Source of the DNA: Saccostrea cucullata
Taxonomy: Eukaryota
NCBI RefSeq assembly: GCF_032062105.1
Contig: NW_026926945.1
Location: 186,001 to 250,000 of the forward strand
Direction: 5' to 3'
DNA: 64,000 nucleotides
Shown here: in pieces, positions 27,570 to 40,026 of the stretch
Layout of the letters: every line of letters begins with the position of its first letter
Position numbering within the stretch: position 1 is the first letter of the stretch
Notes under the pieces: model-generated
Told to the model about the DNA's origin: nothing
The model's database searches: none
The model's input: only the letters and a program-made list of their open reading frames with translations
Program-made: the position numbers and the translations under genes

Positions 27570-28829
27570 CTAAAATAAGCAAACACAAGCAAAACAATGC
27601 AACACAAACTTTCAATTCTTTCATAATTCAAACCCATAATTAATACTGATATTACAACTAAAAATATCATGTCACCGAAAAAGATGGTATGTCATATTAT
27701 CCTTACCTTTTCAACAATCTAAATCTCCTTTTACAATATGATGTCTAGTATTACAAGTTCTTGTTTAGGAACTGAAATTCACGTTGATCAGTGCTTTATC
27801 AAAGCATCACTTTATACCTGCGATAATATTTATTGATAGAATAAGAACCAATCCACCAAATATCACTGTTGTCAAGATTACCGCCGATTAAAACAATAGA
27901 ATCGTCAACCATTGTTTACCTAACAGTTAATGAGAACTCAATTAGTCAATACTCAATCTCTACGTGCAAAATATTCATCATTTATATTTTTTGTTTCTCT
28001 GTTTTCAACTTATATTAATTTCATTTTATCATATCCAGTTACATCGATTGATATCTAAACAAATATAGTTTTATATTTTAAATTAATTTTGACTCTTTTA
28101 CTTATATGTTTGTGTTAAAATTTTGCAGCTGGATTAATTAATCAGATATACGCAAAACAGTTGCCATGATTGCCATCCGTGATTTGTTGTATGATTTAGT
28201 CACTGTCTGAAACAAAATCGTTAAATATTTATTCATATGGTATAATTTATTTCTTTTACATAAAAGCTGTGTATTAACTTTATAACAAAATAACATATGA
28301 GGCAAATTATCAATAAACATGTCAGCATAAATCAATATTAGTGAGTTGTATGATTATATTAAGAAAAACATATTTCCAAAAGACATGAATTTTTCTTTAA
28401 ATGTGTGTTGAAGAAATACTTCATTAAAAAAGGTATATCAGGCATTTTTATGGAACAAAGATAAGACATGCTGCTTTATTTTCTGAAATTGATGTTTATC
28501 ACATCGAATCCATTTTATGAAAAATCGCCTTCATTTTAAGTGTCCTCTATCTGGAGGAGAGATTAACTAGAATCCATATCTAGTATCTAGAAACAGCTTG
28601 GATTCTTAGTTTCTAAAATTTGTTTTGACGACACTATCTTGTATACTTGATATAGTTAAGAAATCAAGTGTACAACACTTAAAGCATAAATAGAAAAGAG
28701 AGTTCACACAGAAAATTGTTAGCTTGGAATGTATATCAACTTATATATTTATATCAGCTACTAGTATTATTTTGCATTTATGTTGTGTATTCAAGTTAAT
28801 CTGCAAGAGCATACTCTTAGTACAAACAT

Positions 28830-29410
28830 TATTTTTATTGTAATTTAACAACCAAGTTTTCTATGATAAACGTGATGATCTGCTTGTGCCGCAATATACC
28901 TTCGTCGCCTTCATACGGAGTTTATATATATTAGTTTATTCAATACGCAAGAGCATGCTCATTCGATACGCAAGAGAACGTCTAAGTATGAACAATTTCT
29001 AAAACGAGGTAAATTATTGACAACCAAGTTGATGAAACAAGAATTTCAACTGTCTCGTTTAAAGTCATCATATCGTAAGCTCCATGGTCGATACAATGAC
29101 CTTATCAGCAAAAACAATTTATCATTGAGTGTAATGCTGACTGACGTTTTTCATACTTATTGTCCATGGCACCTGATCCCACCTCTGATGTTTCGGAGGC
29201 CCGTGTTTGCTCTGCTCCAATTTTGAATTGTTTTATGGACTTTGATATTGAATATTGTTCGTTATCTCCATATCCTTCGGCGGGTGTGACCGGTCAGCAG
29301 GGGATGCTTACTCCTTCATGGCACATGATCCCACCTTCGACGTATTGAAGCTCCGTGTTTGATCAGCTCCTAATTTGAATTGTATAAAGGGGTTTTGATC
29401 TTGAATATTC
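28830..29410 (+). mobile_element. Naiad-type PLE 3' fragment with duplicated 3' motif
   Basis: ORF 29017..29226 reads KLMKQEFQLSRLKSSYRKLHGRYNDL...MLTDVFHT. Two partial 3' motifs follow at ~29163-29218 and ~29278-29370. Confidence 0.8.
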
Positions 29411-30087
29411 TTTAGTGATATGTTTAGATATGTTTCATTTATATAGGTAAAAAATAAGTTGAATTTGAGAATCTGAATTTAACTGAAAAAATGTACTTCA
29501 TTATGCAAGTATTTGATATTTATCATGCAAGAAAGCAATATACCGGTAAAACTGTTTTCCTGAAAGGTATTTAGTTTTTGGTAACATACAAAATATTCTT
29601 GTTAGCATGCGTAGCAAATGTGTTGGTGTGCAACTCAATTTTTGCAAGAAAGATATAGAAATATCGAACAGTATTCAGTCTCAAAGTCCATAAAACAATA
29701 CAAAATAAGAGTAGAGCAAACACGGACCCCCGAAACATCAGAGGTGGGATCAGGTGCCATGGAGGAGTGAGTATCCCTGCCGACCGATAACTTCCGCCGT
29801 GTGTTCCTTGTCATGATCAGGAAATAACGGAAAAAAATCCGTCGTCAATTCAGTGTATAAATAATGGATTAACAATTGGTATGAAAAACGTCAGTCAGCA
29901 TTTGACTTAATGATAAATTGAATTTGTTGACAAGGTCATTGTATCGACCATAGAACTTAAGAAATGATGACGTTAAACGAGACTGCTGATATTCTTGTTT
30001 CATTAACTTTCTGGTCAATAATTTACCTCGTTTTAGAAATTGTTCATTCATAGAGCATCCTCTTGCATATCGAATCAACTGAGATAT

Positions 30088-30778
30088 TGTAACGGTTGAT
30101 TTTGCGCATATTCAAAGAACGCGAAGCGCGCACCATACTTTATATAACCGACAGTCTATTTATAGAATATCTGTCCTTGCACCAGGTATTTAATTTTATT
30201 TAGAGATTATATAATTAAAAACTTTATTAAAATTCTATTTGAATATTCATTTAGTTGTTTTCTATTTTTTTATTAATTTTCAGTGCAGTGATTTGAATTT
30301 ATAAAATTATTATTTTTTTGAGTAAATTTCTAAGATTTAAACTGGTTTGTCAAGTAATTTATTTATACTCACTGTGCTGACGCCCCTATTTATGAATGGA
30401 ACGTGTTCGAGTTTGAGAGTGATGCTTGTTACGGTAAGAATGGTGTTATTCTTGTGTTTTATTTAACTTGAATTATACTAGATATTATATCCTTTTATCG
30501 TTTATATAATAAATACCGGTATATTATTTATTTCAATGTAGAGACCACACACGCGGTGTATCATAACTCTTTTCATGTATGAGTGACCGGGTGAGGCATC
30601 GCCATATTTTGGTGGTATGTGTTTGAATTTAACTTGATATGCTGATTAATTATTTTATTTTTGTTTGTGTGTTCTATTGGTAATGTGTGTATATATTTTT
30701 GTTTGTTTGTAGCTCATTGCCAATTTAATATTTAATTAAAAATAAAGAATCTAAAAGAACTTGACTTTAGTCGTAACA
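30088..30778 (+). mobile_element. Solo LTR (691 bp) with 4-bp TSD
   Basis: ATAT|TGTAACG ... CGTAACA|ATAT, with AATAAA at 30741. It splits the PLE codons GVYI/SQLIRY. Confidence 0.8.
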
Positions 30779-31314
30779 ATATATATACTCCGGATGCAGG
30801 TGATGAAGGTATATTGCTGCATAAGTAAGGAAAGTTGACGATAAAAAAGTTAAAGTCATCACGTTTATCATATAGCTTGGTTTTTAGATTACCATTAGTG
30901 TCTTTTTCAAGTAAAATATCCAAGTATGAATTAGAAGTGTCGGACTCTGAGGTATCTTTTATCTCAAGCTCACTAGGATATTTCTTATCGACGTATGAAT
31001 GAAAATTGCCATTATTAACTGACAATATGTCGTTGATATATTTAAATGTCGAGTTGAAGGCCAAAGCAAGTGTTTTCTTCTTTTCACGCAAAATTAAGAT
31101 TTTGCATAAATTCTGCTTCATATGAATATAAAAATAAGTCAATAAGAAACTCAAGTACATTCTTGACGTCAACTTGATGAGTACTTATGTGTGCAATCAG
31201 AATCTGTTTTAACAAAATAATTTTGCAAATGACCAATGACGAGGTAAGTAAATTAACGAGTTCCATTTATGTTGTTTGGCAATCTCCCCGAAAATATAAC
31301 AGTAACAAAAAAAA

Positions 31315-32897
31315 GAGTTTTTGTTGATGACATGAACAACTGCTAGGTTGTCAGAGTGCAGAATAACAGTGCTGTTAGAAAATAAGTGTCCCCATATGTC
31401 GAAAGCGATCACAATAGGCAGGAATTCCCTGACTGAGATGTGAAAATCAACCCATTGAGTAGGAAAAGGAGCATAGAACCATTTCCTACCAAAAGTACAG
31501 CCGAGCCCCAAATTACTAGCGTCAGTAAATAAGTGCAAAGAGGAGGATGTGTGTTGCACCCCTGAGGGGAAAAAGGCTTTGCCGTTAAAATGATCCAGGA
31601 AAATGGCCCATGCTCTCAAATCGGCTCGGGCTTCTTTGTCTAGATTCCTATGATGAGAAGGATTTTGCAAACCTCGAGTAAGATTGATGATCCGCCTAAG
31701 GAATGTGCGTCCAGGGGGAATAACTGCGCAAGCATAATTTAAAGTACCTATCAATGACTGCAGTTGGCGGAGTGAAGCGGTGCGCTTATTTTGGAATGAT
31801 TTTATTTCAGATTTTAAACGCTGCAACTTATCAGCAGGAAGTCTAATTTCCAATTTTAATGTGTCTAATTCCAACCCCAAAAATGTCAAGGTGGTAGTTG
31901 GGTGAACAGTTTTCTCGGATTTGATAGGGAGATTGATATCTTTGGCAAGGGAATAGAATGCTAAAAGTGAGCTATAGCAGTCTGGGGACCTGGGGGGACC
32001 CACAAAAAGGAAATCATCTAGTATGTGCACGCAATAAGTTACACCGAACTTGTTCTCTAAGATCCACTGCAAAGCTGAACTGAACTTTTCAAAGAGATGG
32101 CAAGAATAACTCAAGCCAAATGGAAGTGTTTTGTCATAATAATATGACCCAGATATCATGAAACCTAGCAGTTCAAAATTCCGTGGATGTATGGGTATTT
32201 GTTTGTAGGCATTTTCCAGATCGGTTTTTGCGAGAAGAGCCCCCCTGCCAACTTGTTTGATGATTGCAATGGCTGTGTCAATTGATTGGTAACTTACTGT
32301 AGTCATTTCTTTGGGGATGTGGGAATTGATGGAGTTCCCTTCCGGGTAAGACAAATGATGGATTAACCTAAAATCCCCAGGGGCTTTTTTAGGGACTAGA
32401 CCTAAGGGGGAAATTTGAATATTTTGGAAAGGTGGCAATAGAAAAGGACCAGAGACTCTTTTAGCTTCGATTTCCCTACAAATCTTGTCCTGTAATATTT
32501 TTTCTTTGCCTAAGATAGAAGATAGGTTACGAGAAAACCTAAATTTACGCTCCCCCATATATGGGATCTTAAAACCTTGAGAAAAGCCTTCTATTAAAAA
32601 CTGCGATATAGAATGGTCATATCCAGCTAAATAATTTTGAAGCTGTTGAACATTGATCGGAGTAACGATAGAGTCAGAGTTTTTTAGAGGGGACTGTCGA
32701 TTCTGTTCTGGTTGCGCCTTGTTTGGAGTTTTGTGTCTGAGGTTTGTCATTTGGTTTAAACTTTGGGCATTGTCTCTTGTGGTGTCTAGCCGCACAGATT
32801 TGGCAGACATGGGGGTGTGGACATCCTTTAGTTTTACAGAATCCGTTATTGTTGTATGAGAAGCAATAGCGGTGCTTAGCCTGGGTGTTTGAGGCAC
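31315..32897 (-). CDS. RT / RNase H of Ngaro/DIRS-type element, 3'-truncated
   Basis: ISPLGLVPKK..FRLIHHLSYP, KTDLENAY, LPFGL, HILDDFL and FLGLELD; RNase H LFTDAS, REFLPI and HSDN. Homology stops at VVHVINKN. Confidence 0.88.
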
Positions 32898-33757
32898 GAA
32901 AGGGCTGGTTTCTATTTTTAAACTTAAGCTCTAGTCCCTGTGCCATGGCTTCCTGGTACAATTCTATATTTTTCGATTGCCATGGGCAGGCTTTTGGATC
33001 CAGTTGTCGCCAGCGTCGGAAACTTTCATCGTAGGCAATTGCCGCCTTGTCACCGCTTGATTTAGAAATTTTTTGCACGATTTGGCCGTATACCATAAGA
33101 TTTGGTACTTCGTTAGGGTGTTTTTCCGCGTAGATAGCAACAAAAACATGGAAACACTCGATCCATTTGTAGATGGAAGTGATTTGAGTTTTGTCTGAAG
33201 TCTTTTTAAAGATCAGATGTCCATCTTTTTCTATAGTCCTGTAACTTTCGTCTTCATCAGGGTCAATGGGTTTAATTAGTGAAGCAAATTTGACGAACTG
33301 GTCGCTCTGAATTTTTGCCCGTGTTTTTTGATCTACGCCTAACGTTAAGGACAAGGCAGATAGGGTCTGGGGGGGGGGGATCTGAGTTAGCTACACAATC
33401 TTTGTTCGTGCTATCTAGAGATTGATCACCTGTAATTTCGCTAAGGAGTGTAGTTGCTGGCGACGTCATACTTGGTTCCAGTGGCACTGGTGGCGGAGGC
33501 GACGATGCAGTTGGCTGAGGCGAGGATGCAGTTGGCTGAGGCGAAGATGCAGTTGGAGGAGGCGAAGATGCAGACTTGGACTTAAAATAATCGTCCATAC
33601 AGGTTTTAAACGTCTCCTCGATCGTCGGCATGATTTTCGACATGCATTGCTGGAAAATTATGCTAACGTCTTCGCCTCTCTTCTCTGATGTTGTCGTTGT
33701 TGTAGGCTGATCCTGACGTTTGGTCGATGTTCTTCTTCGTTTTGGTCTCGAAGCCAT
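32674..33757 (-). CDS. Gag-like ORF of Ngaro/DIRS-type element, one frameshift in a C homopolymer
   Basis: ORFs 33272..33772 and 32674..33354 join across the G run at ~33369-33379. C-terminal CFSYNNNGFCKTKGCPHPHVCQICAARHHKRQC zinc finger. Overlaps the RT frame. Confidence 0.75.
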
Positions 33758-34009
33758 CCTAAGAAAATTCATAAGTCATAAATAAGGTGGTAATTAGAAA
33801 CAACTGTACGAGTGCTACCAATCAGTGTTTACTGAAAATATCATTATAATCAGAACCATTAAGGCTTGCATTAACTGCATATATGTTTATAAATCATATC
33901 TTTTGTTTGCTATTGATAAATAAAGTAGTATATTGTATAAATATATGTGTGTACATATTTTGCCACAATTGACCGAATTATTAAGCCTTGTGGATGAATT
34001 ATATAAAAG

Positions 34010-34350
34010 CACAAACTGCTAGAGCAGTGTGATATCAAATCATAATATAAAATATAATACCACTATATGCCGAAGCTGTGTGGTTGGATCGTATATAACC
34101 ACTATCCGCCGAAGCAGTGTGGTAACAAATCATGATCCGTATACATATAAAAAACCATATTGCCGAAGCAGAATGGTTCAATCATATAAAAACACAATCT
34201 GCCGAAGCAGTGTGGTTGGATCGTATATAACCACTATCCGCCGAAGCAGTGTGGTAACAAATCATGATCCATATACATATAAAAAACCATATTGCCGAAG
34301 CAGAATGGTTCCATCATATAAAAACACAATCTGCCGAAGCAGTGTGGTGA
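34010..34350. repeat. Array of 7-8 hairpin repeats (39/54-bp spacing, 132-bp higher-order unit)
   Basis: GCCGAAGC cores at 34069, 34108, 34162, 34201, 34240, 34294 and 34333. Confidence 0.9.
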
Positions 34351-34851
34351 ACTAATTATAGTTCATATATTAGCATTTGCCATTAATTGTGGTGCCTCCA
34401 TTTGAAGCATAAATAAAAGTTGTTACTGCCAAATAATTAAGCAGTTAGAACATGAATGATTTAGACCAAAGAAACGATTACGGCTAAATCATTAGGTTTT
34501 TCGTCATACAGAAATAGGTAGCCAAAAAACTCTTACCTTCCAAGTCAAAATAAAAACAATATTGGAACCCACGGATGAAGATTCACCCTAGGACACAAAC
34601 TTCTGCTGTAACCAAAATAATTGAATTGTAAACATTGCTGAATATGCTTAACCAAAGGAGCAAAAATATGGACGATTCATGAAGTTATTATGTAATATAA
34701 ACCATAAAAACTTTTATACTACTTATTAAATCAAATATTATATGCATGATGATCATAAAAATAAAAAGTTAAAGAAATTTAAAATGTTAACAAGAACACA
34801 TAATGTGTATTTTCGCCTGTGGACCCGAGAAGCCCCTGTCTTCAAGGGTAA

Positions 34852-35417
34852 TTAGTGATCCCTGGATAACAGAAGGAGAATTCCTCTAATTTGTCTTAAG
34901 AGTTTGTACTGTCCAAGATGATTTAAATGGATTCCGTCACATAAAACGTTATTCCTGCTGCAGGTAAAACCTTTCAGTCTCCAAAAGTGCATGTCGTCTT
35001 GTGTTACGCAAGTCTTCAACAAGCGATTGGCCTGATCCACTCGACGAGTGTATTCCGAAGGGCTGATATTTCTTGTCCGATCCCGGGGAATAAAACTCAA
35101 AATCACCACGCTTTTGTTGTTGAATTGTCTCTTAAGTAGTGACACAAATGAAATCAGTCTCATTACGATACAGTCAATGCCTCAGAGGAATCTAAATCGT
35201 TGCCTCCCAAATTCACAATGACATGCTGCGGTCGCTTATCTCTGATCGCGGCAGTGATGGCGCGGGTGTGTCCGTGATTACCGATTGATCCGCCACTTAT
35301 ACCATAGGATTCAAACGATCCCAAGTTCCTTATATTAAATGTTTCAGCGGGATGTTTACCATTCACAAAGTTTCCAAATCTGCGTACATGTGAGTCGCCA
35401 ACAAAAAGAATGTGCAT
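34852..35417 (-). CDS. SGNH/GDSL hydrolase (esterase) carried by the element; frameshifted or TAATG-coupled
   Basis: Block I FVGDSH, block II ISGG and block III LGGND lie in 35163..35417. Block V DGIH lies in 34852..35163. Confidence 0.8.
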
Positions 35418-38400
35418 CTTGGCGATTTTACTTAACGATGCGCTGTTGATATCAGGTTACGGCGATGTGCAAACTGGAAGATGAAGCGACGCTATTCGCC
35501 TTATGACATAAATAGGCTCCGAATCGGACAAATTACCTGTTAAAAACTTTCTGTAAGACACAATCCTCAATAAGATAATACTCCTTTACGGGGAAATTCC
35601 ATGTAAAATAAGCTATTGGGATATTTTCCGTGTTTTCTTTTAGACAATGAATGCAGCCAATGTTTACAAATAAAATAACCAATGCGCATGCGCATGGGAA
35701 ATTTCACTAGGAGCTATGCAGAGCAGTAGCTGAATCTATTAATAGCTAGTACTGCGTATAAAGCTAAAAATGAACACACAATGCAACCACCATAAACCAT
35801 TTATATATATAAATGTGTTTTTTATTGAAGAAGCAGCTGTCAATGATATCAAAAAGCCTGGATTTTAATTTGTCGTGGGGAATTGTTGTGTATAAAGTTG
35901 AAAAGTCGTAAATTTTTAAGCTGTTGATTTTTGTAAATTCTTGTGATTTCAAATTGTCTAAAAGTTCTTTAAAAAAATTTTAGTATCCAATTCTGATTCA
36001 CACAACTTCTTGAATATAAAGTTGCACAGTACTCTTGAAGTTTTTCCTTCACTACTGTCAATATCTTAGTGAGGAGTAACGAAAGAGACTTTGTTGAACA
36101 TTTACTGGAACCTGCAATGTATTTTTTGTTTGTAAGGATTCTTCTGAAGATTCGGAATCCAATATATATATAAGGTAGGTCAAATTCATTTTGGCACTGT
36201 GGAATATTAAAAGTATTCAAAAGTAACAGGTGATTTTGAGGAATCCTTCCTTAGAAAGGGAAGTATGAGTGTAAGTAGGATTAGCACTTGTACAATTAAA
36301 TTCAAGTTCTTCTAGAATGCAATTTATATAATAAGCCTTACAAACGAAGACAATGTTGTTACATTGTACCTGCTTTGTCGGCAGGAACCAGTATGTACTG
36401 ATCGTATAATCAATCTAATTCTTTTTTCACTTCTTGTTTATTGAACACAGAAGGATAGATGGTTTTCATTTTGCCCCTAAATCTTTCAATACGTGACTTT
36501 AATATGGATCTGATACATTTAATCCATTCTGATAAGGTGTCAACGTCTTCTTTTTCATATCTGGCCCATCGTCTCGCGGAATTTTCAACAGAATCCATCA
36601 TATTCCGACGCCAGTTGAAGGATCGGGGTTCCCTATACTTAGGACCTTTAAAATTAATGATCTAAGGTCCTCATTACTAACTATATTTACGTCACCTGTA
36701 ATAACGTGTCCAGCTGGAGTATAGTTGTAGGGCGAAGAAGAACATGAACAAGAAGGAGGATTATGTTTCAGATAGTCGGTATCCAGGCCATGTAAAGTGT
36801 TTTTGTAATTGAAAAGTTTGGAAGCAATGGTCGATGTATATTTGTAGGAAATACAAGGTGTAGTCTTTAACTTGAAATATAGTGGAATACAAGACTGGAC
36901 CCTTTTGTGATTAAGGATATTACTTATATTAACCGCGTCAATTCCTTTGAGGAAAAGACGGATTGGTTTAGCTGCATTTTCTTCCGTGAAACGTGCATGT
37001 TTAAAAAGGCTATGATATACAATATCCATAATCACAGATCCGAGTCTATATTCAGGTGACGAGGAATCTAAAATTGGATGTTCCTTGGCCTTTTTAAGAA
37101 GACAAATTAAAGGTTTCAAAGGGACAGAGTAAAGTTTTGTTCGAATATGATGTAGACCTAACTGTTGATTTACATAAGGTAGTAATGAATCAAAAGAGAC
37201 GTCGTGTATTGCAGGTTTATTGTACGAACGATGCCCATGACTATGCTTACGTCTCTGAGTATCGTTAAAAAGTCACATTTACATTATTACACTGTGGACT
37301 GGAAAGATTTCCTACACTATCGACATTGTCATTACATCCATAAAATGCAAGATATTATGAATTTTTGTCATTGCGAAAGCCTAATTTAAGATTATATGAT
37401 AATTGGTTACTTTCAAAGGAACGATTAGCGTAATTAAGTTGCATGTTGACATACCTTGCTTGTTTATGACAAACATGTAGTTATCAAAAGTCTAACGTTA
37501 CTTTAAATACATTTTCTATTACAACGTTTCGATGTTATGACTTTGTCATCAAATACAGCCTACAATATGAAGGGAAATGCTGATGGACGTATCCCTTAAT
37601 AACAGATAGGCTACTTCTTTCACACTGGAATGTCCACTGATTTTCCGCCATTTACCGATCATGATAAGGAATTCACGTCGAGTTTGACCAATTGAGAAAG
37701 AAAGCTAACTCAACCAATGGTACGTGATCCCACCTCTGATTCTCATGTCTTATGCATTTTACTATCATATACTTCATACAATTAATTCATACAGATATAG
37801 ATATAGAAAATTAAATTTTTTTTTTCATTTACTTATGCAGAGAAATATGTTGTCAATTGTAATTTGGATAATTTTTTCTTTTTTTTTATTTCGTGACAGT
37901 TATCCCCGCCTAAGCATAAACGGATATTTCCATTTTAATTTTATAAGATCTTAAACGATCATACTGCTCGTCAGTTTAAAGAATTTTTACTATTTTTAAT
38001 AGGTAATTTTCACCAATAATTCATAAATTTAATGAAGACGCATTAAGTATTTGCTTCTGATTTTTAATGAATTGTAAGGAGTGAATTTATTTTTAATTAA
38101 TACAAATTTCTTCAATCATGCTTAACAATATTTTTTATCCATTTTTCAAATTTCAAACCCCTTTTTATGCAGACATGAAGATAGATGTTTGATAACCATT
38201 TAAAGTATATCAGTGTTTAGTTATTTCCCTAGCAAAAATACTTTAGTAAACTATAGTTAACTATGTATATGTAAAACTATATTGAATGATAAATGAAATG
38301 TGTGCAGATCTAGATGACCAATGATAAGGTAAGTAAATATACGATTTTCATTTTTATTGAAAAAGCAGTTGTCAATGATATCAAAAAGCTTGGACTTTAA

Positions 38401-39814
38401 TTTTTCGTGGGGGAATGGTTGTGTATACAGTTGAATAGTCGTAAGTTTTTAAGCTCTTGATGTTGGTAAAACCTTGTGATTTCAAATTTTTCTAAGGCAT
38501 TTTTTGACTTGCGTTTAAGATGCTTCATGATCCCGGGCCCGGATTCACTATCTATGTATCTTTGTAAAGATTTTTATGAAGTTTCGAAATACAATATAGA
38601 TATGGTATTTCAAATTCATTTTGATTGTTCGAGATATTGAAAATATTCAAAACTGACTAGGGGTATTTATTATTATATATTATAAATTATAAGTTAAATT
38701 TCTAGTAAATAAAATTATGCAAAGTTTGCTTTTATATTTGATTTCAAATTCTAATTTTCGATTGGCAGGAGAATCAGGTGTAATAAAACGCTTTGTCATG
38801 AATAGTTACCGTAAATCTGGAAATTTTTACGTCGATTTATTTTTTCGAATTTGGGTCAAAAAGCTGTTAATTAATTTTTACGCTTCAAATTTTTGCGAAT
38901 TGTCACTTGTGCTAAAAATGAAAATCACTGAAGATTTTCATAACAGGCTATGTTTCAAATAATATGCCCAGTTAGAATACCGCCAATATACTCGAAACGT
39001 GACAAGCAATTGCAAAATCGCTCCGAAACAATTTTGATAAAAATACAAAAGGATTTGTACTGAAAAAAAATCTAAATCAATTATAACAAACATTTAGAGA
39101 TTGCCTTGTAACCTAAAGAATAATCCAAATGAAGAAAAAATATAACTAATTTTCTCAACGTTTGGTTTTTTCTCACCTAAAATTTACACGCCGCGATTAC
39201 ATTTGGAACTTTCTAGTAAATACACAGTTCTCTCTTTATTGGCAAATTAATTGATGAAAATAATTAAAAAGGGGCATACCGCCTCAGTGCTTGTCAAATC
39301 ATCGGATGATAATGTATATAATGAGGACAATTTACATGCACGGGTAATTAACTTGTAGTTATGTAGTAGACTAGTGTAAACAGGTTTCTTTTAAAAATGA
39401 CCAGTGCTTACCGACGCCTATTTACTGAGTTAAAAAAGACACGAGTTCTCAGAAAAAAAATTCTTCACATGTTGATTTATTTTTAAGAAAAATATTTTTG
39501 CGAATGCAATGCATGCGCAAATTTGCTACAAATTTATCTACAGTAAAAATTTATCATTATATAGTTATAGTATATCATTTTAAAATATGCTCTTAATCCC
39601 TGAATTACATAAAATAACCTCTGAAGTTATTGCTGTACTTTGAATTTCTAATATTTATTGCCAATAAGGAAGAAAATTAAGACAAGAAAACAACACATTA
39701 AAGTTTATAAAGTGTCATTTAACATCCTGGTTAATTTGTTTTTTCTGCGTCTTTCAACTTTTGATTTATAACTTAGAGATTATTAAAAATGTATGAACAT
39801 GTACAACTATTAGA

Positions 39815-40026
39815 TTGATTGTATACTAAGTATTGTTTAACGTCCCTCTCCAGCATATTTCACTGATATGGAGACGTCACCATTGCGGTGAATGGCTGCA
39901 AATGTAGTCCTATGCTCGGCACTTACGGCCTTTGAGCAGGGAGGAATCTTTCTCCCCATTTAGTCGCCTTTTACGACAAGCAAGTTGGAACTGAGGACCT
40001 ATTCTAACCCGGATCCCCACGGGGCT
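39815..40026 (-). mobile_element. SINE 3' portion
   Basis: TTTAACGTCCCTCTC...GGAGACGTCACC...GGCCTTTGAGCAGGGAGG, homologous to the SINEs at 11.5 and 18.5 kb. Confidence 0.65.

Larger units (their letters stand above)
31268..35822 (-). mobile_element. Ngaro/DIRS-type tyrosine-recombinase retrotransposon, internally deleted (YR missing)
   Basis: Carries an SGNH ORF, a gag with a C-terminal zinc finger and an overlapping RT-RNase H. It sits in the PLE between DSCFFNK and NGTR. Ends are approximate to a few bp. Confidence 0.8.
29655..37390 (-). mobile_element. Long Naiad-type Penelope-like retroelement (pseudogenised), split by two nested insertions
   Basis: Segment 37390-35823: YGCND-like GIY-YIG end, CxC linker PPSCSCSSSPYNYTPAGHVITGD, YIAGSSKCSTK, and YDFSTLYTTIPH (RT motif A). 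Segment 31267-30779: YINDIL, KLYDKRDDFNF. Segment 30087-29655: SQLIRYAR...MLTDVFHTNC* plus 3' motif. The EN-CxC-RT order with nothing coding after RT matches the Naiad clade. Confidence 0.8.

Noticed and set aside
27506-27625. Alternative start MKELKVCVALFCLCLLIL for the large mucin
   Set aside because: This frame stops before the donor at 27505. The sequence is better read as the pyrimidine tract ahead of the MARHL exon.
34029-34355. CRISPR-like appearance and a 108-aa ORF
   Set aside because: The spacers themselves repeat with a 132-bp period, there are no cas genes, and the context is eukaryotic. The ORF is a repeat translation with a non-ATG start.
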